Assembly (NCBI GenBank): GCA_951406725.2
Contig: OX597831.1
Location: 54,498,001-54,562,000, forward strand
Origin: Octopus vulgaris
Lineage: Eukaryota
Direction: 5' to 3'
Length of the DNA stretch: 64,000 bases
Of the stretch, positions 11,765-21,812 are shown piece by piece. The notes under the pieces were generated by a model, which worked only from the letters and a program-made list of their open reading frames with translations, was not told where the DNA came from and made no database searches. Made by a program: the position numbers and the translations under genes. The stretch's first letter is position 1, and every line of letters starts with the position of its first letter.

Positions 11765-13687
11765 TCACGGATGTTTGTTGGCAAACGCCATCTGGTGCAT
11801 GAGAGAGTTCGATGCAGCTGCTCTCATCTGCACCTCCTGCCGTGAAGTTGGTTCATCCGGGACACCTGACAGGAAGAGATCCAGTCCTACTTTAAAGACA
11901 TCCGCATCCACACCATGCAGGTCCCTCAGGTTCTTTGGGAGGATATTGAAGAGCCGTGGGCCTCTGAAGCCCAGGCTATCACAATATCTTGTCCTACATC
12001 TTGATGGCAAATTTGGAGTCCTTGGTACTACACAGTGGTGTCCGGTTCTGGCATTTGTGTGACTCTCGATGCCAAAGTCTGGGACAAGGCCTTCCAGGAT
12101 CTTCCAGATGTATATTATGGCATATCTTTCTCGCCTACGCTCCAGGGAATAGAGCTTTAATCTCTTGAGTCTCTCCCAGTAGCTCATATGCTGCACAGAG
12201 GCTATCTTCTTCGTGTAGCTTCGTTGGATCGCCTCAAGTTCTGTGATCAGCTTGACACTGGATGGTGACCATAGCTGAGAACAATAGTCAAAATGGCTTA
12301 GGACAAGTGTCTTCCAGAGGACCATCATGGTTTCTTGTTCTCTTGTTCTAAAGGTTCTAAGAATCCATCCAGCCAGCCGTCTACATTTCATTGTCAGTTT
12401 AGCAACATGTACATGAAAGGTCGCATCATCACTCATGTGAATACCCAGGTCACGCACTGATTGTGCCTCTGGGATTGCAATCCCTCCGGGTCCAGTGTAT
12501 TCATTGGGTATTGCATTCAGTTTTGCATGCTGATAGTATAAAGCTTGAAACTTTCCAGCATTGAACTGCATGCTATTCTTTTCAGCCCACTTGTATATTT
12601 TGTCCAGCTCACATTGCAGGTGTTTAGTGTCCTCAGGGTTCTGTATTGCCTGTGAAACTTTTGTATCATCTGCATAACTTGTGATCGTGGCTCTCTGCGT
12701 GGCTGAGGGCATGTCTGAGAGGGCCATTATGAACAGTAGTGGTCCCAGAACAGTGCCCTGCGGAACACCGCTCACTATTTGTGTGTTAATGGAAGTGGCC
12801 CCATTGGCTACTACCACCTGACTTCTATCCTTCAGAAAGTCATGAAGCCATTCTCCCAGTTTTCCAACTATGTTGAGATCACGCAGTTTGTGACATATCA
12901 TTCCATGATCGACTTTATCAAAGGCCTTTGCAAAGTCGAGATATATCACTTCCACATTTGAGTGGTTGAGCAGCCGTTTCAGCACCCAGTCATAGTGTTG
13001 TAGGAGCTGAGTTAAACAGCTTCTCCCTGGTCGGAAACCATGTTGGGTGTCGGGCAGCAAGTCATTCTCTTCAAGGAAGGTGATCAGCTTCCTTCTGACT
13101 ATTCGTTCCATGACCTTGCTGATGTGTGAGGTCAGAGAGATAGGTCTATAGTTCTTGGCTTCCGCTCTGCTACCTCCTTTATGAATGGGGCATATTTTAC
13201 CTTCCTTCAGTTTTCCTGGAAGTTTGCCAGCTGCAAGGAAGCTCTGAAAGAGGAACTGCAGTGGTCTTGCTAGGACTCTCTTACATGCTTTTAGGAGGAT
13301 TGCCGGGAATCCATCGGGGCCAGTAGCTGAGTCTGTTTTCATTTCATCTATAGCCTTGGTTACATCGTCTTCCTTTATATCGATGTAATCTATCGTCGCC
13401 GCCTCTGATTTTATATCTGCAGTGGTAAAAAAGTCAGTTGGATTGGTGATTTGGAGATGCCCAAGGGGTGGAGTGAAAACACTCTTGAATTGCTCATTCA
13501 GTATTTCACTTACCCTCATTGGTTTTCCTGTAAGTGTGCCATCCTTTTCGAGGAGTGGCCCTATTCTACAGTGCACTGTAGCTGTTTCTTTGGCATACCT
13601 GTAGAAAGCTCTGGGGTTAGATTTTATGTTTTCTATAGCCCAGGCTTCTTTGTCTGCTCTTTCTTTTTCATGGGAGAGTTGCAGACA
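11765..13687 (-). CDS. LINE ORF2, reverse transcriptase part (downstream of frameshift)
   Basis: GPDG, NYRPISLTS, QHGFRPGRSC, YLDFAKAFDKV, GVPQGTVLGP, YADDT and DLGI motifs. The frame stays open upstream of the listed start, to about 13687 (LQLSHEKERADKEAWAIENIKSNPRAFYRYAK). Confidence 0.93.
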   Translation of the reverse strand, partial: CLQLSHEKERADKEAWAIENIKSNPRAFYRYAKETATVHCRIGPLLEKDGTLTGKPMRVSEILNEQFKSVFTPPLGHLQITNPTDFFTTADIKSEAATIDYIDIKEDDVTKAIDEMKTDSATGPDGFPAILLKACKRVLARPLQFLFQSFLAAGKLPGKLKEGKICPIHKGGSRAEAKNYRPISLTSHISKVMERIVRRKLITFLEENDLLPDTQHGFRPGRSCLTQLLQHYDWVLKRLLNHSNVEVIYLDFAKAFDKVDHGMICHKLRDLNIVGKLGEWLHDFLKDRSQVVVANGATSINTQIVSGVPQGTVLGPLLFIMALSDMPSATQRATITSYADDTKVSQAIQNPEDTKHLQCELDKIYKWAEKNSMQFNAGKFQALYYQHAKLNAIPNEYTGPGGIAIPEAQSVRDLGIHMSDDATFHVHVAKLTMKCRRLAGWILRTFRTREQETMMVLWKTLVLSHFDYCSQLWSPSSVKLITELEAIQRSYTKKIASVQHMSYWERLKRLKLYSLERRRERYAIIYIWKILEGLVPDFGIESHTNARTGHHCVVPRTPNLPSRCRTRYCDSLGFRGPRLFNILPKNLRDLHGVDADVFKVGLDLFLSGVPDEPTSRQEVQMRAAASNSLMHQMAFANKHP

Positions 13688-14744
13688 TTTTTATTTTTAG
13701 GCGGGACTTTTCACTGCTTTCAATCTGTTTGTTTAGGCGATTTGAAAATTTCGTACGCCGTCTCATTAAAATTTTCCTCTCTCTGGGGATTTTGTTCTTG
13801 TGTACAGTGGCCTTTCTCTCTGGGACACATTTGTAGCATATGGCTTGCATTACAGACATGAATTGTTGAAGTTTCACGTCGATGTCTGGCGAGGAGAGAC
13901 ATTTAGGCCAGTTTTGTTTGAGGATCTCTTTCTCAATTTGTTTCCAGTTTGCCTTATGGTAGTTCAAGCTGGAAAGATTTTGAGGGTTTCTTGTAGGCTG
14001 CATGTCCGTGCTCTCTTTTGGCCCGTACATGGTCAGCTCTATCATGTTGTGATCCGAGAGTAGTGTCGGTGTCACTTTCACATTATGGATGAGATCCATG
14101 TCATTTGTGAAGCAGAGATCCAGTGTGTTACCTGCCCTGGTTGGTTGGAGTATTACCTGCTCCATGTACAGGGTGTTGATGAGGTTCAGGAGGGACCTCG
14201 CCTGTCCTCGTTCACATCTTGTCATTCCTGGGAGAGAAAGGCCCTCGGGCCATCTGACATTGGGCAGATTGAAGTCTCCCATAAGAAGCACACCTATGTG
14301 TTGTTCTAATGTGGTTAGAACTTCTTCTATTTTTATAAGGCAGTCTTCAAACTTGCCCACATGGCTTGGGTCATCTGGAGGGCGATATGTAGCACACACA
14401 ACTACATCAAGTTGCCTAATATGTACAATTAGTGTGTCACACACCGAGTTTGAGTATGACAAGAGGACCTGGGGTGTGAGGTCCTCACGGATGTACATAG
14501 CAACACCTCCATGACGCCTTTCTTTCCTGTCGGTCCGTAGTACAGCATACTGTGGTATGTGTAACTCCGCATCTGCTATGTCCGGTTTCAGGTGCGTTTC
14601 CGTAAGTGCTATGCATAAGGCTTGATTGCATGCAACAAAGTCTCTCAGGAACGGGATCTTTGTCCTGTTACTGAGTGTTTGCAGTCCTCTGATGTTCAGT
14701 AGGAGCATCGAGGTGAGGTGTACGTTGTTGCCGGCGGTGTCCAT
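13688..14744 (-). CDS. LINE ORF2, apurinic-like endonuclease part (upstream of frameshift)
   Basis: NIRGL, LTETHL, GGVAMY, YRPP, GDFNLP, LDLCF and SDHNMI motifs. Likely start MDTAGNN at 14744 (alternative MLLLN at 14708). Confidence 0.9.
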
Positions 14745-15609
14745 CCTGTGTCTGTTTGCTGTGGTGGTCTGGTATATAGTGGGTAGTCCCACCTGCGAGC
14801 TTGGGTTTGATGAAGCCAGGTCAGCTGCTGTACAATCTTTTGTGCCATGCACAAAAAAGATTGTTGCTCAGCAGCTGCCCTTTCGACAACATCATGTTGG
14901 CGGTTTGTGGCGCGCACAACATCTGCGTACCTCCGCTTTGGGGCAGGTGGTGCGTGGTCCATCCCTTTTCTTTGTGTTGATGGTTTGTCCATCTGCCTCG
15001 TGTCTCTGTGGCAGGGTCCCCGATGTGTTCCAAGCTACAGCCTGCACCTTCCTTTCCATGCCAGCAGGAACCTCTCAGGTAGAACATACACACCCGTGTG
15101 CACTGTTTGGTTCCATCTTTTGCGGTTCCACTTCTATTCCTGGTTTTTTCACCCTTTGGTCCTGCTTGAGCTTTTTCTTTTCCTTTAGCTCTTCCAGTCC
15201 TTCTTTTAGTTCTTCTTCCTCCCTCTACCTCTTCACCGGGTTCTCCGTCTCCATGGCCCTTGCTGCCGGTTGGAGAACTTGCACCTGGGTTCACTTCCCG
15301 GGCAGGTTTCTCATTCAAAACCTCCTCCCGGGCGTCCACCAGGTGGGGGTGACTTCTTTCATCGTCTCCATTCTTGCCATCTTTGCCCCGCTCGTTCTCA
15401 AAGATGGCATCAAGTGCGCCAATGTGCGACCGTACAAGTGCATATGAGCGCACGAATTCCCGTCTCTTTCGCTCCATCTGAGCCGCTGTCCTCTTGTAGC
15501 CTCTGCTCTTCAGCGCAGCCGCAATCACCTCGCTAGGGCTATCTCCGCCGGCGCACCCCCACGCTTGTACGAATAAATCCAGCTCATCAGGTCTCCATGC
15601 TCTGGACAT
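14696..15609 (-). CDS. LINE ORF1 with Myb/SANT-like domain and CCCH zinc finger; probable frameshift near 15024
   Basis: N-terminus WRPDELDLFVQAW...IAAALKSRGYKRTAAQMERKRREFVRSY. C-x7-C-x8-C-x3-H at 15025-15090. The second frame (14696-14992 ORF, RRYADVV...SFLCMAQKIVQQL) reads like the true C-terminus and overlaps the ORF2 start. Confidence 0.75.
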
Positions 15610-15670
15610 GCTGGATAATCCGTCTATTCGTTTATCTATCTAATTATGTTCGAGAGAAGACAGGAAGATA

Positions 15671-15856
15671 TTAAGGCTAATTAGAAGATAGAGTACTTGA
15701 AAAAGAAATATTAACAATATTAAAGTTTGTGGGTAAAAACGTTATTTAATCTTAAGGCTAATTAGGGGATAGAGTATCTGAAAATGTATTAGCAATATTA
15801 ATATTATATTAGAGTGTGGGTAAAAACGTTATTTAATCTTAAGGCTAATTAGGAGA
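15671..15856. repeat. Tandem 81-87 bp monomers in the LINE 5' UTR
   Basis: TTAAGGCTAATTAG starts at 15671, 15752 and 15839; GTGGGTAAAAACGTTATTTAATC is present twice. Confidence 0.85.
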
Positions 15857-16236
15857 TATGTATGTATATATATATATATATATATATGGGATAAGTATGT
15901 ATATATATATGCGTATAAGTATGTATATATATATGCGTATAAGTATGTATATATATATGCGTATATGTATGTATGTATATATATATGCGTATATGTATGT
16001 ATGTATATATATATGCGTATATGTATATATATATATATGCGTATATGTATATATATATATATGCGTATATGTATGTATATATATATATATGCGTATATGT
16101 ATGTATATATATATGCGTATATGTATGTATATATATATGCGTATATGTATGTATATATGTGTGTGTATATGTATGTGTATATATATATGTATATATGGGC
16201 ATATGTATGTATGTATATGTATGTATGTGTATGTAT

Positions 16237-16360
16237 GATTGATTGATTGATTGATTCTAGTTTCAGCTCACGAGCTGTGGCCATGCTGGGGCATCGCCAT
16301 TTGGTGTTGCTACATGGTTTTACTTCACGAATGCTTTTTAGCAACTGCCATTTGGTGCAC
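16237..16360 (-). mobile_element. 5'-truncated copy of a related LINE (last codons and 3' UTR)
   Basis: Encodes [11 protein letters not shown] versus MHQMAFANKHP* in the long copy. Same 3' UTR; (AATC)n tail. Confidence 0.88.
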
Positions 16361-16907
16361 ATACATACACATGTATGTGTATGTATGTATATATATGTAT
16401 GTGTATGTATATATGTATGTCTATATATGTATGTATATATGTGTATGTATGTATATATATATATGTATATATATGTATGTATATATATATGTATGTATGT
16501 ATATGTATGTATATATATGTATATATATATATGTATGTATGTATGTATATGTATGTATGTATATGTATGTATGTATGTATATGTATGTATATATATATAT
16601 ATATATGTATGTATATATATATATGTATATATGTATGTATATGTATGTATATATATATATATGTATGTATATGTATGTATATATATATATATGTATGTAT
16701 ATGTATGTATATATATATATATGTATGTATATATGTATGTATGTATATATATATGTATGTATATATGTATGTATGTATATATATATATATGTATGTATAT
16801 ATGTATGTATGTATATAGATATGTATATATATGTTTGTATACATATACATGTATATATATTTGTGTATATGTGTATATATATATATGTGCATGGGTATAT
16901 ATATATA

Positions 16908-17106
16908 TCATCATCATCATCATCATCGTCGTTTAACGTCCGTTCTCCATGCTAGCATGGGTTGGACGGTTCGACCGGGGTTCTGGGAAGCCAGAAGGCT
17001 GCACCAGGCTCCAGTCTAAATTTGGCAATGTTTCTACAGCTGGATGCCCTTCCTAACGCCAACCACTCCGTGAGTGTAGTGGGTGCTTTTTACGTGCCAC
17101 CTGCAC
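16908..17106 (-). mobile_element. Short RTE-tailed retroelement (SINE or RTE 3' end)
   Basis: Reverse complement of 51045-51236: GGCGTTAGGAAGGGCATCCAGC...CCAACCCATGCTAGCATGGA..ACGGACGTTAAA(YGA)n. Confidence 0.8.
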
Positions 17107-17319
17107 ATATATGTATGTATATATATATATGTATGTATGTATGTATATGTATGTATGTATATGTATGTATGTATATGTATGTATATGTATGTATATATAT
17201 GTATGTATATGTATGTATGTATATGTATGTATGTATATGTATGTATATATATATATATATGTATGTCTATATATGTATGTATATATGTATGTATGTATAT
17301 ATATATATATATATGTATG

Positions 17320-17352
<33 letters not shown>

Positions 17353-17391
17353 GTATGTATGTATATATATATGTATGTATATATATATATG

Positions 17392-17423
<32 letters not shown>

Positions 17424-17763
17424 TATATGTATGTATATATATATGTATGTATGTATATATATATGTATGTATGTATATATATATGTATGTATGTATATAT
17501 ATATATGTATGTATATATATATATGTATGTATATATATATGTATGTATATATATATGTATGTATGTATATATATATATATATGTATGTATGTATATATAT
17601 ATATGTATGTATATATGTATGTATGTATATATATATATGTATGTATATATGTATGTATGTATATATAGATATGTATATATATGTTTGTATACATATACAT
17701 GTATATATATTTGTGTATATGTGTATATATATATATGTGCATGGGTATATATATATATGTATG

Positions 17764-17795
<32 letters not shown>

Positions 17796-17911
17796 TATAT
17801 ATATGTATGTATGTATATATGTATGTATGTATATAGATATGTATATATATGTTTGTATACATATACATGTATATATATTTGTGTATATGTGTATATATAT
17901 ATATCTGCGCG

Positions 17912-17947
<36 letters not shown>

Positions 17948-18738
17948 TTCTTAGAAATCGTCTAAGTGATGGTGACAGTGATTGAAGGTTGATGTGACAT
18001 GGAAACGATAAATATTTTGCTTATATTAGTTGGGGAAATTGTTTTATTTACATTAGGCATGACTGTCGTTCAGTTTTGGTTAGACTTGCTCAGTTAAATA
18101 GAATCAGTTTACCAATTACTTGATATTGTTCTTCACATAATTTTACTGATACTAAAAATGAAAGAAAATAAAATAAAATACCCCCTCCACCCCCAAAAAA
18201 CAAACTAACTTGATGACAGTTATAAAAGTCAACTAATTATCCATATCTTAATCAGATTTTATCAAGATTGTCTTCTCTCTTTAAATTGCAAACCAAATTG
18301 AGTTAATGAAACTGATTACCTTTCCAAATTTACTCCTGCCAATGATATAAGAATATTTACTATTTATAACTATTCTGGAAGTAAATACCCTATGTCTTTT
18401 AAGTGAAAGAATCATTTTAAAGTATACAAAAATAAAGTAACTTGAATATTAATATTTTAAAGTGGCTGTGTTGTCAGAAAATTTTCCAGTTCTGCTATTT
18501 GCTTTGAACACAAGTTATCTTTTTCATTTAAAAAAAAAAATTTCAAAAATGCTTTCACATTATTCCATGCCTGCATGGGTGTGAGGTTTCATTTGTGCTA
18601 GTTGTTTTTAACAACTGCATTCTTTTGCTACACAATTACCTACTGCTAACTCATTAACCTTAACTCTTTTGATATTAATCAGAGACTACTTCTAATTCTG
18701 TAATATAAAGCCACCTGTTTTATAATGTTGATATTTAA

Positions 18739-18960
18739 CCCTTTAGTATTTAAACTGGCGATGTCTGGCCAAAATAATTCTACCTGTTTAATGTACAAAC
18801 TGGCCAGATCTGACCTCTTACACTTACCCTATAATTTTGCTCTAACGATAAATAAATGACATCATCAAAATGTTTAAGCTCCGAGATAATCCATGATTAA
18901 TTCAAAACAATGTCAGTAGATAAGCATTACATTTTACAGTATAATCTGAATGTCAAAGGG
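18739..18960. mobile_element. piggyBac-type MITE (second family)
   Basis: TTAA|CCCTTT...AAAGGG|TTAA. Related inverted copies at about 34075-34258 and 53560-53768. Confidence 0.8.
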
Positions 18961-21299
18961 TTAAGTTAAAACTACTGTAATTTTATCTTAGAACAAGTTA
19001 ATTTTATGAAATCCCTCCAAATTTTTGATTACTTCAAAAACTAAAAACATAAACACAACACCATGTCTCATCAGAAATATGGTAATGGAATGATTTAAAT
19101 AATAGATCTTGCTTTTTGTTAGTCAGATAAACTGAATCAAGCACATTTTAGGGCTTTGTTAAGTGGGTGTGAAGACACTTTATAATGACAGCAGTAAGAT
19201 TAATCAAATAAGGTTCGCAAAAAAAAGAAGAAAAAGCATGAATTAATTTGTATTACCATTTGTTCCTGCATTTAACCAGCTTAAAATTAATTCATCATGT
19301 CAATTTAAATTGGCTTGAATAATGACAACACGTGCTGCCTATGTCAGTGTGGAAAGTGGATGTAAAACGATAATGATAATGGTGCACAGTTGTAAATGTT
19401 TCTCTATTTTATTTATTACTTACTGGTTCATTCAACTGGCCATTGCATTTAAAATTCACCCTCCCTCCTTGATTGGATAAATTATTTAATCAGAAAAAAG
19501 AAAAAGAAGAAAAAATAACTCTTGCATTGTAAAAGTTGAGCTCTTCTGATTTACTTGTATCACAGTTCAGACAATGCCTTCTCTTGATTCACTTCCAGGT
19601 TTTGCATTACATGAAGTTAGGCCTTGTGGTGGTAGAAAGTAGTTTTTTAATTCATTAACGTTAGTATATAAAGCTGGACAATTAATATTGAATAAAAATA
19701 AGCAGTGTAATTTACTGTGGTTAGCACGAGCGAATTTGAAATTAAAAAAACGTGGCTGTAATTTCGTATTTAATAGCATAACTATCTTCACATTATGGGA
19801 TTGAGTCTATTTTGTTAAATCTCTATTATTAAATGGACAATTTTGAGATTAGTTAAGATTTTTATTACATAAAATGTTCCCATTTATTAATAGCAATGTA
19901 ATATAATATAGTAATATAACCTTAAGGTTAAGATTGCTAAATTCTCTATCAGTACTTAAGTCTAGAACTTTATATTCATAACCTCAGGGCAGTAACTATA
20001 TAAATAATCTGAAAATCTCAGTAAATTGTATGTGGATATGTGAATGTTTATGTAATTATTTCCATTTTTTTATTTTTATGGATTATGAATATGTAACACA
20101 GTTGTACTTTATGGTGCCTGGAAATACACATAAGCAGTATAGAGCAATGCAAATAACTGGCTATGTTCCTTTTCTAATATTTATTTGGTATTTATTTTTC
20201 TGTGAGGCTGTAGAAATTTTCAAGTCTATAAAACACAAACTTCTTCCTGAGTACTATCAATTTCTTCTTGACTGTTGCTGTTTTCAGTACAGTGCAAAGT
20301 AGGTTGCAATCAATATCTCAGAATTCATGTCATAACCATACATCAGCCACGCATTCATCCATAATCTCTGCGGTTTACTTTTATTACTATGGATTGTCTC
20401 ACTTGAAATAGACTTAACTGGTGATTTGGCTTCAAATCAATTATTGAAAGAGGCCAAATGTATCAGCAGATTGTTTTTAGTATTCTGTTGATCCCTGCTC
20501 TTAATTTGGTTCAGCTCTTCCTCCAGTGTGCAGTATATTGTCGGCCAGCCAGCATCTTGGCTACTTCCAACTTTTTCACTCCTGTTATTCTTTAATTGTG
20601 GTTTAGTCCTTTCCAACAATCCTGGACGGATTACTTGCTTTAAATGCCTTGAACATGAAGGTCGAACCACTTTCGACGTCTCTTTTGAGGATACCTGATG
20701 AGATTTATGGTGATTTTTTTTTTTTTTTTTTTTTTCATTTTCATTTTCATTTTTTACATCTCTGTTGTTATTTGTGTTATTCAAGAAGGAATTGCCCTGT
20801 GCTATCTGCTGAATATTGAAAATTGAGTGATGGAATTTAGCATGGTATACTCTCTAAATTGTGTTGCAGTTTCCTTAGAGTGACTAGACAAAAAAAAAAG
20901 AAAAAAAAGAATTCTTTCTTTATGACCAATTTCTGTTGCTTCCTATCTGTTGTTTGTAACAAAATTTGTTTTTACTATGGTAATTGAAAAGCAGTGTACT
21001 AATGTTTCAGTACAGAGAAATTATATCAACTACAGTTATACATTTTTAACTCATCTTACTTATAATATACTTTTTGTTTATAACTGATTTGGTCTCCTAA
21101 ATTTTAACATAGTAAAGTATCAACAATGAAGTCACACAAAGCCTACACAAGAGGGTTGCCAACAATACACCTAGTCTTATTGATGTTTTAGGTCTTTCTT
21201 TTCAAATGTGTTTCAAACTTGGATTAATATAGAGTTTATTTTTATACATATCTCTCTCCCTCTCTGTCTGTCTGTCCCTCTCTCTCATGTGTGCACGCA

Positions 21300-21581
21300 C
21301 ATGATGGCTGAATGGTTAAGAAGTTTGCTTTTCAATCATTAGGTTCCTTGCTCAATCTCAGTATGTGGTACCATGAGCAAGTGTTTTTTTTTTTTTCTTA
21401 ACCAGAATCTTGGGTTTACCCAAACCTTTTGATTTTTGAATGAAATTGAGTAGACAAAAATTGTACAGATGTGCGTTGGATGTACTGTACTTGTGATGCA
21501 AAGGTTAAACCTATTATAGCATCATGTTAATTCTGTCTAAGTCTTCTTTGCTTTTTAATTTCTACAGTCTCTATGTATGTG

Positions 21582-21630
<49 letters not shown>

Positions 21631-21812
21631 TTGTGTATTTGTGCTTGTCCCTTCCTACTGCTCTACAGCCAGTGTTGGTTTGTTTAGATCCCATAACTTG
21701 TCTGGCAAAAGAAATTGATAGAATAAGTATCAAACTCAAAATATAAGTATGCTTCAAGGTGATGCTCCAGCATGGCGCAGTCTAATGGCTGAAACAAGTA
21801 AAAGAGAAAAGA
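21300..21812 (+). mobile_element. SINE family A, diverged
   Basis: Degenerate head TGGCTGAATGGTTAAGAAGTTTGC and tail GATGCTCCAGCATGGCGCAGTCTAATGGCTGAAACAAGTAAAAGA. Confidence 0.65.

Larger units (their letters stand above)
11673..15858 (-). mobile_element. Near full-length non-LTR retrotransposon (CR1/L2-group LINE)
   Basis: 5' UTR with tandem repeats, ORF1, ORF2 (APE + RT), short 3' UTR with hairpin and (AAAAATC)-type tail. Visibly GC-richer than its flanks. Clade is inferred from C-terminal YCSQLWSP / LYSLERRR / FK..LD motifs. Confidence 0.92.
15859..17945. repeat. Compound (TA)n/(TATG)n microsatellite containing two short retro-insertions
   Basis: Directly visible. Shares the ATAAGTATGTATATATATATGCG variant with 10800-10864. 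Confidence 0.95.

Noticed and set aside
14626-15447. 273-aa + strand ORF
   Set aside because: Antisense shadow of LINE ORF1/ORF2 with no recognisable motif.
15829-17985. Many overlapping long ORFs
   Set aside because: Microsatellite artefacts.
20437-20784. 115-aa minus ORF and small hairpin GTCGAA-CCACT-TTCGAC
   Set aside because: Starts in low-complexity sequence; no recognisable domain or convincing splice structure.
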